Below are positions 42,062-55,650 of a stretch of DNA of 64,000 nucleotides, in pieces (positions within the stretch are counted from its first letter, which is position 1; each line of letters starts with the position of its first letter). Made by a program: the position numbers and the translations under genes. Source of the stretch: Takakia lepidozioides (lineage: Eukaryota; Plantae; Bryophyta); assembly GCA_030704615.1 (NCBI GenBank), contig CM060734.1:25110001-25174000 (forward strand), read 5' to 3'. A model generated the notes under the pieces. It was given only the letters and a program-made list of their open reading frames with translations. It searched no databases and was not told where the DNA came from.

Positions 42062-43051
42062 TGTCGAGCGGCTTTTACTCACCCATCCTTTCGCTATCTG
42101 AGGTGGAAACTCCAAGATAGAAGAGTTGGATATTTTTAAGCACTCAGCCCGCTTAGTACAATCAGTCATGACCTACAGCTAGTGAATCATGGTTTGTGCT
42201 TCCCATTTGTATTCCTTCTTGCCTTCATGTTATCAATTCACCTTATCTGATGCTGAAGCATCAGATTGCTTCAGTATCTACTTAATTCAAATTAATCATG
42301 CATTCATTTCACAGCTTCACTCATGTCACTCTACACAGTGTGCTTATATCGAATAAGTATCAGATTATGATTTATCAGGTATTAGGCCAATGCCATGGTG
42401 ACTCTAATCTGTCCTACAGTTTCACTACAACTTTGCATGTAACAAGCATCTACTGTTCATCTCTCCTCCTTCTTCGTGCTCTCGTTCTTCATCTCCGTCT
42501 GATCTCCTCTCCTACATGACCAAGAAACGCTCCCCGTGAAGTGTCATCTTCCCGTTGCCGCTCTCCTTATCTGCCCGCAAGCTGTTCTAACCACCTAACT
42601 AATTAACCGTTATCCCTGAAGTAACACGTTCCTTCTGCAGATGTTGTTCCCTCACAGTCGTTCCCTGCCAATGATAACTGTTCCCCATGTACTGTGACAG
42701 GCTGTGTCAAGCTGTGCGAGTTGTGACTGGCTGTGTCGGCTGTGTCGGGCTGTGCGAAGCTGTGGCGGGCTGTGACTGGCTGTGTCCGGCTATGTCGGCT
42801 GTGTGAAGCTGTGGCGGGTTGTGTTGGCTGTGACGGGCTGTGTCGACTGTGCGAAGCTGTGACGGGCTAAGTCGGCTGTATTGGGCTGTGTCGGGCTGTG
42901 ACGGGCTGTGTAAAGCTGTGTCGGGCTGTGTAACCCCCCTAAAGCCTGCTGCTGCCACCCCTAAGGCTCCTGTTCGTCTCAATCTGCGCAAAAATTAAGG
43001 GTACCCCACAGAACCCGTAAAAGCGTGTAAGTCCCAAGCAGCCCTCTAACA
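42062..43051 (-). repeat. 5' LTR with expanded GCTGT minisatellite (~42700-42930)
   Basis: tgtcgagcggct...ccctctaaca; clearly homologous to, but visibly diverged from, 30049-30987. Confidence 0.92.
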
Positions 43052-44279
43052 ATCAGAGACTTAGCAGCAGTGCCCTGCAACCTCTTCATCTCGTCCACCA
43101 CTCCATTGTACATTAACTCCGCCGAAGCGACATCTTCTCCCCTCAAAGCTTTCAGGATCTTCTCTGTGAATGACCTGCTCAAATACTGTTGGTTCTATTT
43201 CATGGCAAACAGAACGTTCAATATTTGGCCAACTTCCCTAAGCCCTGGGTACTCGGCTTTGGTACAAGCGTAACCTTGAGTTTTAAAGAAACTCCCTTCT
43301 TGGAACAAATTCCCTATCTTCAATCTTGCCCTGTGCTCATCCACATCCACATGACCTGATGGCAAATCAAACAATTGCTGCAGGTACTGGGGAGTAATTT
43401 CTATATCTACTCCCCTCACCTGGGTAACTCCCGTCCGAGGCTCAAAGTTCTGAAGAAATTGAATCATATACTGCCGATGATGCAAGGACCAGTCCTTGCG
43501 TAGCAGCCCCTCCAATCGCAACTCCCTTAGCAGCTGTACTGCCTGCAGTGCTGCAATTGTTTGCTTCTACAGAATCGTGGTGCTCTTCACCCTGATATTC
43601 TCCATTCCGCTCACTCTCTTCATTCTAGACAAACAAAAAGGCTTTGTTTGAAACAGCTGAAGGAAAGCTTGCAGGGCACAGAGCATGAAGGTATGGTTGG
43701 CACAGAATGGAACAGGTAAGTGCGTGTAAGCCTGTGGGGCTTGCAAGTATCGAGTGAGAGAAAATATACTCTCAATGCGTCCGTCCTTGCGCCACTGCAT
43801 GAGAAGTAAAGCGAGTGTGTAATCCGTTACATCTGCCATAGCTACAAAGCTAGTGCTTTGATTGCCCCTTCCGTCGAGACCTTGGCTATTCAGAGCCACT
43901 CCGACTCTTCCGCTCATAACACTTCATATTTCTTGTTCTTGTTTCTTGGAGGGAACCACCTGCATGTAATTCTCACTCCTGATTGGTTGTGGACTGCTTA
44001 GGTAATTTCTTAATTCCACCCCCCTCCATGGACATTCCCACCTGGAATGTCCAGTAGGACAGCACATGTGGCATAGGTTTCCTTTTTCTGTACTCGAAAA
44101 GGGTTCCGTTACCCTTACACTGAATGCATTAATGGGCCCACAATTAGTATTAGCTGATGTACCGGGTAGGTACTTTGACGGCCCTATTTGTCCTCTTGCA
44201 TGATGAAACCCACTTTTGCAATCGATGCAGTGCAGTGTGCTTCGCCTTAGTGGCCACGTGTCCGTTTCTAAACATGCCC
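43052..44279 (-). mobile_element. Piece of a second copy of the same family (start of accessory ORF plus spacer)
   Basis: Direct duplicate of ~33990-35200. Confidence 0.92.
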
Positions 44280-44291
44280 ATCTGAATTCAG

Positions 44292-45474
44292 ATGGAATTG
44301 ATGATGAAAAAGCTGGCTGCTGTACCAACACCAGGTTTACATAAGACTTGGTTTGTGAGTGGACTAAGACCAGAGTTGCAAAAGATAGTGGATATGTTAC
44401 CCCATAATACAGTGGAGGAGGCCTTTGAAACAACGAACAGAATTGAGCAATTGGGAATGCTCAGGAGAGAGAAAAGGGATGATGAAGACTCTGAGGATGA
44501 GTCAGATGAGGAAGAAGAGCAAGAGTTGAGAAGGAAGAGTAAGAGGAAGGAAAAGTTGAAGAGGGATAACTATGAGAAAAGATTAGAAGAAATCTTGAAG
44601 AAGTATGCCACAGAGGCTGCAACACATTGGAGGAAGGGTGTTTGGTGTGCAAAGTGCCAGAATGAAGGCCATACCACCACTAAATGCCACATGAAAGAGA
44701 AACACTGTACTATCTGTAAAATGGATAACCATTCTACTGAGAATTGTTACTACAACAGAAGGACAACAGCTAGAAAACCTAGGCAAGTAAGGGTGCATCA
44801 AGTGCAGCCCCAGCCAAGAAGAAACAGTGATCAGGACCACTATGGTAGGCCTAGTGGTTATAACAATGGCATGGAAGGGAGAGGTAATTCAAGAGGGAAT
44901 TACCAAGGAAATTCCAGAGGCAACTATCAGGGTAATCCAAGGGGGAATTACCAGCCAGGGAATCAGGATTACAGAAACAATTCCAGAACAGACCATGGGC
45001 GAGGACCTAATGGGGAAGAACTGTGTTACTATTGTAATCAGGCAGGACATCGCAAGGCAGCCTGTCCATTCTGGATCAGACACCAGAATGAGATGAGAGC
45101 TCCTGTGAATGAGGGGCCAGTGGTGGCAGCTCACATGGTTAGGCCATGTGTTGTACCAGAAGTAAGTACAATGATAGTAACGAGAAGCAAAGCCAAACTA
45201 ATACCTCCAGTAGATGAGGAAGATGATGATAATGAAGATGGCAGTGATGTGCCTGAAGATGATGAGGCTTGGAGAGATGAGAAGGAACTGCACAAGGAAG
45301 TGGCAGATACCATAAGGGAAATGCAGAAGAGTACTGATATTCCTATGGCAGATTCCTCTGATTCTGAAAGAGAAGAGGAAGTGAGTGAGGATGAAAGGAA
45401 GAAAGAAGCTGCAGACATGCAGAGTAATGAAGGGACTTTGGCTGAAGTAATATGCTAGTCCAAAGTGGAGATTA
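44292..45474 (+). mobile_element. Inverted gag fragment of the same family (388-aa open frame)
   Basis: Reverse complement of 39140-40321; near-identical protein. Confidence 0.93.
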
Positions 45475-47140
45475 TCCTATTATTTAATTTTTTCATCCAT
45501 AAATGGATGTCATCCTCAGAGGATGACACAGATGAAAAATCGAGAGACAATTTCATCCAACGCGGATGAAATCACGATAGATTTCATCCTGCGCGGTAGA
45601 GTTCATCCCGTGTAATGGATTTCACCCCGAATGGATGAAATCGCGGGAAATCGCGCTTCATCTTTTCCCTGCCCTAACCCTCTCCACGACGATCGTGCTT
45701 AAGGGATGGCTGGAGCTGAGAGATGGCTGCGGGGGGCGCATGGAGCTCGATTCAGGCGCCCTTGAATGCCATGGAGCTGCGCCATTACGACATTTAGGTG
45801 TTCTGGCAAGATTCAGTACCTTCTTCCCCTCTTGGGGTGCGCAATGGCGGCAGTACCTGCAATTTCCATGTGGCGGTTGTCTCTAATGCTTGGCGGGCGA
45901 TCTACCTGTGTTGTGGTTGCTTGCTGTGACCTTCATTGATCATTAAGATACAAGCGGCGATCTTAAGGCCTCAGGGAAGTGTCTGAACTCTTTAAGTTTG
46001 GGCGATTCACTTTCTTTCTGCATGCTTTGTACATTTTGTTGTGCATTCTTGTTTGCTGGTCTGGAGAGCTATGGCGCAGGCCTCTCTTCCACAAGCCATC
46101 AAGGTATTGGGCTTGCATACGCTCTATTTCCTTTCTGCCCCTGCTTTGTATTGCATGTTGTACAGCGATAACAAGCGTGAGACCTGCGATTCACCCGGGG
46201 TTCCACATCGTCTCTAACTTAACTGCTTCTGATTGCATGTGATGGGACCAGGTGAGGATCCTCACTTAACATGGATTTTAAAGCTTGAAGTTGATTGGAA
46301 TCGAGTTGAAGAAGCGACGCCATCTGTATCTTTGGGGGAGAACAATCATTTCTTCCTCTTTCCTTTGATCTTGATGGCTCCTATGTTTAACCTAGTATGG
46401 TGGACAATCAATCATTAGGGCGACTATCTCTTGTTCCCTATGGCATACTGATGTGACAATGGAGCAATGATATTAAAGAGATCTGGTAACATGCTACAAT
46501 GTAGGGCATACCTGTTTTCATGACCAGACAGTGTTCTTGAATGTACAAGCATTGGAAACTTAGCCTCTTTTAGAAGCTGGTTACTTTAGGACACTTGATA
46601 CCATGCCAAACTGATATGGATGTGGTTATGCCTTGGTATTCATAGCTGACCAAAAAATAGAGACTGAATGACATGACATGTCATGAATGGCACTTTTTAG
46701 CATGTTGAACAATGGTTTCCTGCTATGAACAGTGGTAATTGAATCTCTAATTTTTCCCACCCCCGACCCAGAGACTTCATTGACTTTGAAGTCTTTGAAG
46801 TCTGGGATTTGTCATAAAGCTGACTTGTGAATGAAGAATGGTTGATAATGCCTTGTTATGAGGCTGATTTGTCGTTAATTTTACAATGACCTTGTCAGGT
46901 CTTTGTCCATGTCTCGACAAGACAAGTATCTTCCCTCTCTGATTTATTGGTGGTACTTGGTGGTTCTTGTACACATTATCAACCAATCTCCCTTCTGTTT
47001 TCAATTTTATGTTTGATTTACTAACACCTTGGTCTGAGCATGACAAAAGATTATCAAATATGTTCCTGATTGAAGTGACGAACCCAAGGCAATGGGAAGG
47101 CCAAAGCGATATCAGCCTCCTCTCCCGCCATGACCATGGC
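45474..47140. repeat. Inverted duplicate of ~28570-30048 plus the GGATGAAA segment; retains the empty LTR-insertion site
   Basis: Same short ORF translations appear on the opposite strand. The reverse complement reads gcagggaaaagatgaagcg across the point where the LTR starts at 30049. Confidence 0.9.
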
Positions 47141-47659
47141 ATTACTGACTGTTGCCATGGAGGTGTTGTCTCTTCAGGATGGCAACAGCAGGGACACAAT
47201 AATTATGTGCAAGGATCAACATGCAACAACTCTGCAAACTACACCTGGAGCTGCTCCAAAGGCAACATCAACCAGACTTCCGAATCACACCAACAATACA
47301 GTGGAGATAAAGCACATAGGACTCGTGACAAGTAAGCAGAGCTACAAGACAGCCAACACAGTGGAGGCTTCAGTATTCCACCATTTCAGACAATTGAATC
47401 TCTCAAAAGCTTCACTCAACTGCATAAACAAAGCACCAAATTAATGCAGATCCCTCGAAGAAATGCTCTTACTCTCTTCAACAACACCTGGATCCACCAT
47501 TGTAACTCAATCCTTCAAAACTATTTTTGCTAGACAGACATCCTGAACAGAGTGTGTTTCCACTGTGAGTCCATCCAAAAGTATTCTCCCCAATACAGAA
47601 AGCTCAGAACTGACCATGTAAGTTCAAAACTGAAGCCAAGACCCATAGAAGAGAGTAAG

Positions 47660-50600
47660 CTAGAGAGCTGCCAAGGAATGCATCACGTCACTGTAAATGT
47701 CTTCAAAATCTTCAATCCCGCAGCTGAATCGAACCAGATTATCCTTTATACCCAACCTTGCCCTCTCTGCAGGGGTTTGATCCCTGCTTCACACATCAGC
47801 ACAGTCAGTCTATCATTATGAACGCAGAAATTAAATGGGCAAACACCAAGGATGGAACATTTAGAGAGGTAAGAGCAAATCCTGATAAGGTGCATCAACT
47901 GTCCCTTTCTTTTAGCCATCCAACATAATAACTTACCAGTAAGAGATGATTGTGGGTTGCTCCACAAGACTTTCGCAGCCACCAAGAGATGGTGCAATGT
48001 AAGGGATTTTGAGTCCATCAATGAATTTTGATGTAACTTCCAGATCTCCAACTATCTGTTGAAGTGAAACAATTGAACATAAATTGATGAGAGGCCAACT
48101 GAATACATCGTTGTGTTGGCAACATGAGAGAAGAACACTCATCTGTACCACTGAATCACATTAAGAGTGAATTAAGTGGCACAAACCCTACTCAAGGAAA
48201 GACATCCAACAGATAGTCCAGTTGTTAGGGCATAATACCATTTCACTAGTGGTTGTGGGATCAAAACCACATATGTGTACATTGGATGTCATAAAGGTGT
48301 CCACCTTCCCATCGGAAGGCAGTAGCCCTTTTGGGTCAAGTGACACCATAAAATCCGCTTGCTTTGGCAGGAGTCCACATTGTTTCTTATACTCAAGGAA
48401 ATTGTGAAAAAAACTGAGGATGAGAGATCAATAGCAATCTACTAACATCCATCTACATACCCACCCATCCTTGCTTTCTTAACATGCATGCACAATATTA
48501 TTACAAGCAGAAAAACGGTGAGGAATTTGCATTGCATCAGCAAGTCTAAAATGCTCACCTCAAAAGTGATGACACCACCAAAACCACTCATCTGTCGCTT
48601 GGCAATGTCATGCTCTGGATGGCTCTCTAGACCTGGATAATGTACACGTGCCACCTGCAAACATTGCTCAAAATTATCCTTCACATCCCAAGTGAGACAA
48701 GTGGTCAATGGGATCAATTTGCCATTGTTGCCTCTTGCCTTAAGCATTGGCATGAAAACTTTAAGTCATTGATAACACACACAATATGGCCAGAGTTCCC
48801 TAACCACTGGGAAGCTTCTCTAAGATAGAATCTACACTATTGGAGAAGAAATTGACTACATTTCTGACATATTCTAGGTCAACAATGACCAGAAACAGGC
48901 ATATGAATGCAACCAACCTCTTGCTACAGAAAGATACAGTAAGTGTACCTTGGGATGAGCCTCCAACGATCGAGCTAGCTGGAGGGCAGTCTTGTTCTGC
49001 TGCCTGACACGGAGGTCCAGAGTCTTCAATCCTCGTAGAATGAGATATGCTGCATTCTGTTTACAGATTCACATATAGTCTTCCACTTAGAAAGCTGATT
49101 AAACAAGTGCTACCAACTGATGACATTGGTCCAAGATATGACCTCACGAGAACATGGACAGGACAAACACAAACCACAGACTTTCTATAGCTCCCTTTAC
49201 AGAAAAAGGGTCTATGGTCAGACCCAAAAACACATAGGATCTTACACCAAATTTGGACCTGATAATCCATTTCATAACTCCATCCGTCAACCCCTGATCA
49301 AACTGTTCCACTGACCTGCCCATATGATTATATGCATCTAGGTGTTCTCACAAGGAATAAGGCTTGAGTGGCAAGGCAATCAGAGCAGAATGTTCATCTG
49401 CAACAATGGATTTTCATGGAACTCAACACATCAAGCTCGATTCCCAAACACACTGTAAATCTCCACAGGCCTCTGCATTGAGTGCAAAAAGGAGTCCAGG
49501 TGACAAGGGACGTACTGCGTCAAGCACACCACCCAAGATGTTGTGCAGTGCTCGAACAGCAGCAATACATTTCTTGGACCCACTCAGGCTGCCTGCCAAG
49601 ACCTGTTCCAATGCACCATTAATACCAATGGTACCCTTCCAGCTTTCATTCGATCAGCTGTGCATTGCTGGCCTCCCAACTTTTCAAATATCCCGCAAGT
49701 TTAACCTACATATGCTACAGCTAAGCTACGAAACCAACGAACATTGAGAAATATCACAGATCACATCCTGGGCTTTGAGATGAAGTCCCAAAAGATAGAC
49801 AGGATACCACATTGGAAATAGAAGCGGTATAATATATTAGACCCTTTTGTTGTCAGCATCTGTCCATGTTTGGTTTGGGCTTTGAGAGGCTTTGAACAGC
49901 CTCTCAATCTTTGATCAAGGTTAAAAGATAGATGGAACTTCTAATCTCAGGAGATAGAACTGAGGGTTCTTCACTCACGTCATTGTGGCCGGCAAGATAT
50001 TTGGTTGCTGAATGTAGCACAAGATCTGCCCCTAAGGCCAATGCCTGCTGGTTGACAGGGGTTGCAAATGTGCCATCAATGCAAACCAGTGCCCCATGGC
50101 TATGGCACAGCTTTGAAACCATTTCAATGTCGATACACCGCAAATAGGGATTGGTGGGAGACTCCGAAAAAAATAATGATACCTGAATCCACACCCACAA
50201 CAGAAAAAGACAAATATGAGATAATTCACAAAATCTTGATGCATTGGAATTACATGCACAGCACCTTGAAACATGTACCTAAGGCTGTTTGTTGAAAGCG
50301 ACCTTCCACCATGGGAATCAGAACCTACAGGAATGCTTGGACAGAAATACATTTGTACTCCTTAAAGGGTGGATGCAATTCATTCCACAAGAAAACATTG
50401 CAGGAGCTGCATTCAAGGAAACCAACATCAAGACTTGAGTTTATAACAAAGGGCCACAAACAGACATGGTAACTGCATTGCAAGATGAAAGACCCGTTTC
50501 TAAAAGTACTAAGTTTTCATTATTGTGGCCTCTGAGATTCAAAGATAAAAAGGTTGCATCAGCAACAGTTCCCCTAGTAAAGTCAATACAATTCCAGAGT

Positions 50601-53420
50601 TGCACATGTTTACTGCAGTAACGCTTCAAAAACGTCGGCCAAACGCGACTTAAGAAGGTGAGACTCACATTGTTCTGTTCTACAGAACGCTGCAGGGAGA
50701 TTTTATCAGAAGGATCAACCACGCTTGTCTGTCCAACCAAACTGAATGTTAACTTCTCAAATTGAGACAACAAACTCAACTGACAAATTGAGACAGCAAA
50801 CTCAACTGACAAATAACAAGTATTGAAACTGCACTCAGGTGAGGAACCCAACTCACCAAAACACCAAATTATCTTTAGGACGTTGCCAGAATATGCCATA
50901 AGAAGCTTTCATGCCAAGGTCCAAAGGGTAGCAGAGAGACAACTCTTTTTTGTTCATGCTAAAATCACTTTTCTTCTCATCCAAATTGCCCCTGTCACCA
51001 ACATTTCAGGATACAAAAAAGAAGGACAAGTACCGTTATGCCCATTTTGGGGAGCACAGTCTGGATAAACTGTCGCGTCCTGCGATAGCAATCAGTAGTG
51101 GTGACAATGTGACCACCTGCCGGCACCAAGGCTAGCAGCATAGTGGTGGCTGCACACATGCCTGATGCAGACAAAAGTGTTGTTTCTGCCCCTTCCAAAG
51201 CACTGCACCGACCCACCCAAACCATGGTTTTACTCTTTCTCCCTCTCTTCTACTCGCACACACATGCGTGTATAGTCACATCCATGTCATAAGACACATG
51301 CAGACCACTCCTAGGCAGTGTGCATACTATAGAAGGGGATCCTCCACTGCATGCAAGGCTGTAACATAAATGCCCTTATGTACACTGTCAGCACATGTCT
51401 CAGTCTGTCAAGCTTCAGAAGTCAATAACACAATTGCCTTTTCCATGAAATGACAAATGCTTTGTATCAGAGGGCAGAAGAGAGAATTTCTAGAGGAAAA
51501 TCTTGCGGTAGCATCATTACCTGATCTTCTCTTCAGCAGCATTGGTGGTTGGGTTCCCATACCGCCCATATTCAAAGCTGGTGTGTTTTCCCTCCTACAA
51601 GTTAAACCCATTATGACAACATAGAAGCCTGCAGTGAGTACCCCAGACACACTCGACCAGAGAAACTGATCACTAAAAATACCGAAGGTAAATACTACAC
51701 ATGTAAAAAACCCTGTCTTAGTAGGATCTGACGAATTATTACTAGAATAAGGGAACCGTTACGTTGAGGGCATAGTGCAAAAGTTCTATTCCAAGGCATC
51801 AGAATCATTTAGCTTCCCTACTTTGTCTTGTGCCCACAACCAAATAAGGAAGCTTGAAGGAGAGGTGGATCCATCCTGACGGACGGATAGACAATTACAG
51901 TGAATTTTCTCCACTTTAAAGTACATAAAAGCATTGTTTGATCTTCCCCCAAATTGGTTAAGATAATCAGGAAAGTGGTCTTTGGTCTTTCACACTGCAT
52001 ACAATCATTCAATCTGTATAAATTCTCATGAACCGTGTGGGTCAGATCTATTCACTTAAATACCTGGAAAGCAATCAACTCAGCTGTATCCCTAAAAGTG
52101 TAAGTGGATGTCTGACAAATGGGAATTGTCAGAGTATCTGAAATACTTGGGCGTCCTGTTCTTTCACCTGCAACATGTACACAAAGAACAAGATTCAGCT
52201 ATGGGAATGACGAAGTACAGTTATCTTCAGACTGCCAATCAGTCTTCGAAAATATGAAAGGCGCAACAGCAAAATACATGATAGGTCAATTGAAAGAAAA
52301 TTTGAGTTTTGCATCGAGTGCACAATGTAGTACATATTATGTTAGCCCCAGCTAGTTGAGAATGGAAGCTCATATGTTTTGAAGACAGCATCATTCGCTG
52401 GCTAGTCAACTTCCTGACCAAAACCAAGCTTGGAATTTTAAAAGCTGAAAAGCTTTACTTTACTGAGGTCATGTCCTTCCTTGGATCTCCTCACGATGGG
52501 TGATCAGGCTCACACAGTTTGTATGCTATAACTCGTGTGTATAATCACAATGACCTCAAGAACAGACTTTTTCCTTTCATCTCACAAATACAGACACTTT
52601 GCATTTTCCAATGGATCTCTCTGTGCATCTGTGCTTCGATACTCAGCCCTCCTATGCACCTCCTGAATTCTCCCAGTGTGAGACGAAGGTAAGCACTGTA
52701 AATGCGCCCAAATTTCTTTCCAACAAACCCCAGAAGACATGAACACAATGGAAAATTCAAACTTTTCACAACATTCCCAACCTCTGTCCTCCCATCTCTG
52801 ACTGTCAGATGCAAACATGCTGTTTCCTCCATCTTACTGTCAGGAATATAAAGTGAACCCAACTCCATCTGGTAGTAAATGTACTAACCGCCATGGACTG
52901 CAAGAGTACTGCAAAATCTCGGTTTCATTTTCTCAATTGCCACATTCCCACCACAAGCAACAGGGGTGCCAAGTGACAGCGGCTCCGAGTCGATGAGAGC
53001 GCTCAAGTCTGATGGCGATGTCGCCACTGCGGCTACAGCACCTCCATTCACAGCTGGCGCCAGGGGTAAGCCCAAAGACAGCCCTTCACCGCCATCTGGC
53101 TGAGGCAAGGGTGACCCCATGCCAGCCGTGGCAGTGAGAGATGGCAGATCCGTTGCAGAAGCGGCCACCACTTGCGCTACACCAATGTTGCTACAGTTGC
53201 GGCGGGCCTTTATACTCAGCTGCCTCGCAAAGTTGGGAGGGAAGCGCAGAATGAAGGGCGGGGACACCCGACCCCTGCTCAGATTCAAGGTCGAGCTCTG
53301 CCCAACCGCCGGGGACGCCCCGGCCTTGTAATTAGATGACGCCCCTGACGCATCCGACCTGCAATCATGTGCTGGGGGCATGGCGTTCGCCCCCGCTTGC
53401 ACTATGCACACAGCTGCCAT
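47660..53420 (-). CDS. CGS1: Cystathionine gamma-synthase, plastid precursor, 11 exons
   Basis: GT-AG exons 53420-52889, 52167-52064, 51594-51521, 51202-51034, 50728-50669, 50182-49979, 49602-49516, 49056-48949, 48654-48559, 48055-47937, 47783-47660. Motifs [24 protein letters not shown]-lysine [26 protein letters not shown]. Confidence 0.96.
53157..53252 (-). promoter_or_regulatory. MTO1 region: SAM-responsive nascent-peptide ribosome-arrest element of plant CGS
   Basis: [32 protein letters not shown] in exon 1. Confidence 0.92.
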
Positions 53421-55635
53421 TCTGCTGTACTAAACACCGAGCCCAAACCCAAAAGGAGAATGAACTTAAGAAAAACACAGAGACAACCACGGAGACACCA
53501 CAGCTGCAACTTCACTCGCTAAAGACCCTGCAAGAAGAGAAACACCAGTCCACAGATAGAAACGACCCGAGCGGGGCGGAGAGAGAAGAAACGTGTGGCA
53601 CACTAGCCGAGGCAGGGTATAACCGTGACTGTTGGAAGCTTATTCACTTTTCCTTCAACAACTGTCAATGACCCACACTTTGTGCCTGCTCCTTTTCAAA
53701 AACTACTCCGCTTAATCTGATGCAGCATCATCAGTGAGGAATCCTAATTTGTACTACGAGCATCCTGACCGAGTCTTACTGGGACAGTAGCCTGTTACAC
53801 CGCCCACTGTGGATGCTACTAACACCCGCGTACTAATCCACATTGCAACGTGTAATACCCACATGCTAAAACACACATTCTCTCCCAGAAAACACCACCA
53901 ACCAGCCCCGAAGACAAAAAGACGAGACAATTCCTTGTTTCTTCTTTGTCTCGATCAAGAAAGATGAAGAAGCGTGAAAAGCAGGAGCAAAGAGAGTGCG
54001 AAACGCATGGGTGGCTGCATAGCATTGCCCTCGCGATTCGCCTCAACACTGAACAGGCCTACCATAACTTATTCCAAATATATTCTCACTGTAACCCAGC
54101 CTTCAACTCTAAACATTCCACATATTCCAATTACTTACATACCGCCCAGAATCTTTGGTGCTTTTACTTTCTGCCACTGCCGATTCTGCAGTGGGCACAA
54201 GAGAATCGTTAGCGACAGCTCCGTTGTCGGGTGCTGTAAGTAGTGATGAGTGGTGAGAGGGCGCGACTCGTTGTGTAGGTGCTCCATCACAAAAGTACCT
54301 ACTATTCTATTCAAAGTTGAATCGGCATAGGTAGTCTCAATCCTTTTAGAAAACAAAATAAAATATTTATTATAATGACATTGAAAGTATGCACATTCAA
54401 TGATTGATGATTTAATGCAAAAATAGTATTGAATCAAGAGTTGAAAACTCAACACTTTTTCAGCATTGATCCCACAGTTCATCAGTGAAACATTCAATAT
54501 CGAAACAACACAAATTCAATCCAACACTTGACTGTTGTAACAACTAATAATGAATTAATACTAATTCTATGCAAAATCAAATGCTGTTATAATTTATTAA
54601 GATATGTCCAAATTGATTCAACGTCGAAGCAAGACATACAATGAATTAAAATAGAAAAAAAATAAAAACAATAGCAAAACAACAAAACAAGGTGTGTCAT
54701 AAACTTAAGCCTTGCCATTTTTATATGATGAAGAGATAGTCTTATAATAATGTTTCATGATATTATGTATGCTTATCTGGCACAGGCTGAACCTTTGTGC
54801 TTAATGTCTTTGCCTCCTTTGCCCCTCCTCCAATCCTTCCATGTTAGCGTTCATCCGTACTTCAACTTCAGGTGGGTTTTGGACTTGGGTTATGGGGGGT
54901 TCAACCCAGGATTGCCCGGCACAGGCGCAGACTAAGAGCATCTTCACGGTGAGCACGACACATCAAACGCTATATGCCCTGGTTACAGGGGCAACGGTAA
55001 TTTTTGCAGGGACGGATTGGTTGGAACTCCACGGTTGGTGTCACAGACATAGCCTAGAGGAACTTACCAGGAATAAATACCTGAAAGTTATCAAGTTATC
55101 GAAAGTTACCATGATTTACCATGATTTATCAAGTTATCGGGAGTTTACCAAATTATCAAGAGTAACTTGGGAAATTGATCATGAAGCTTTCTTTGGAGGA
55201 AACTTCTCCATCAAGATACCTCTTTTGTTTAAGGAAGCTTCTCCATCAAGAAACATTTGTTTAATCTTGGAAACTTCTCCAGCAAAAAACCTCCATAGAG
55301 GAAGCTTCTTAGGGAAGCTTTTTAGTAGCCAGTATATATAGGAGGCGAGACTGGACACTCTTCAGTCTCGCCAACACCAGTTCAAGCTATTGTTGTTTCC
55401 AGTTCCCAGTACTTTAGCCCAGTTTCCAGTATCTGGTACTCTAGTCTAGTTTCCAGCATTCCAGTATTCAAGTCGTGTTCCAATATCTTGTACTCTTGTT
55501 CATTGTTATAAAGATCATCTTGATTCATATTTACTCATCGTGCATACGGCCACGCCGACCTTGACTTCTTGTCTAGTCTTGTACCTCTAGTCTGATCTCT
55601 TGTTTGTGTTCAGTCATGTTCTCGTCCTTGACAGT

Positions 55636-55650
55636 TTGGCGAGACTGAAG
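55636..55650 (+). promoter_or_regulatory. Self-priming PBS complementary to the LTR R region
   Basis: TTGGCGAGACTGAAG is the exact reverse complement of 55360-55374, ~20 nt downstream of the TATATATA box at 55333. Confidence 0.85.

Larger units (their letters stand above)
30049..43051 (-). mobile_element. Near full-length non-chromovirus Ty3/gypsy element (Athila-related architecture) with long 3' accessory ORF; probably chimeric
   Basis: LTRs 30049-30987 and 42062-43051 (TG...CA), PBS, PPT, gag-PR-RT-RH-INT. Flanks AAGAG and ATCAG do not match. Confidence 0.93.
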
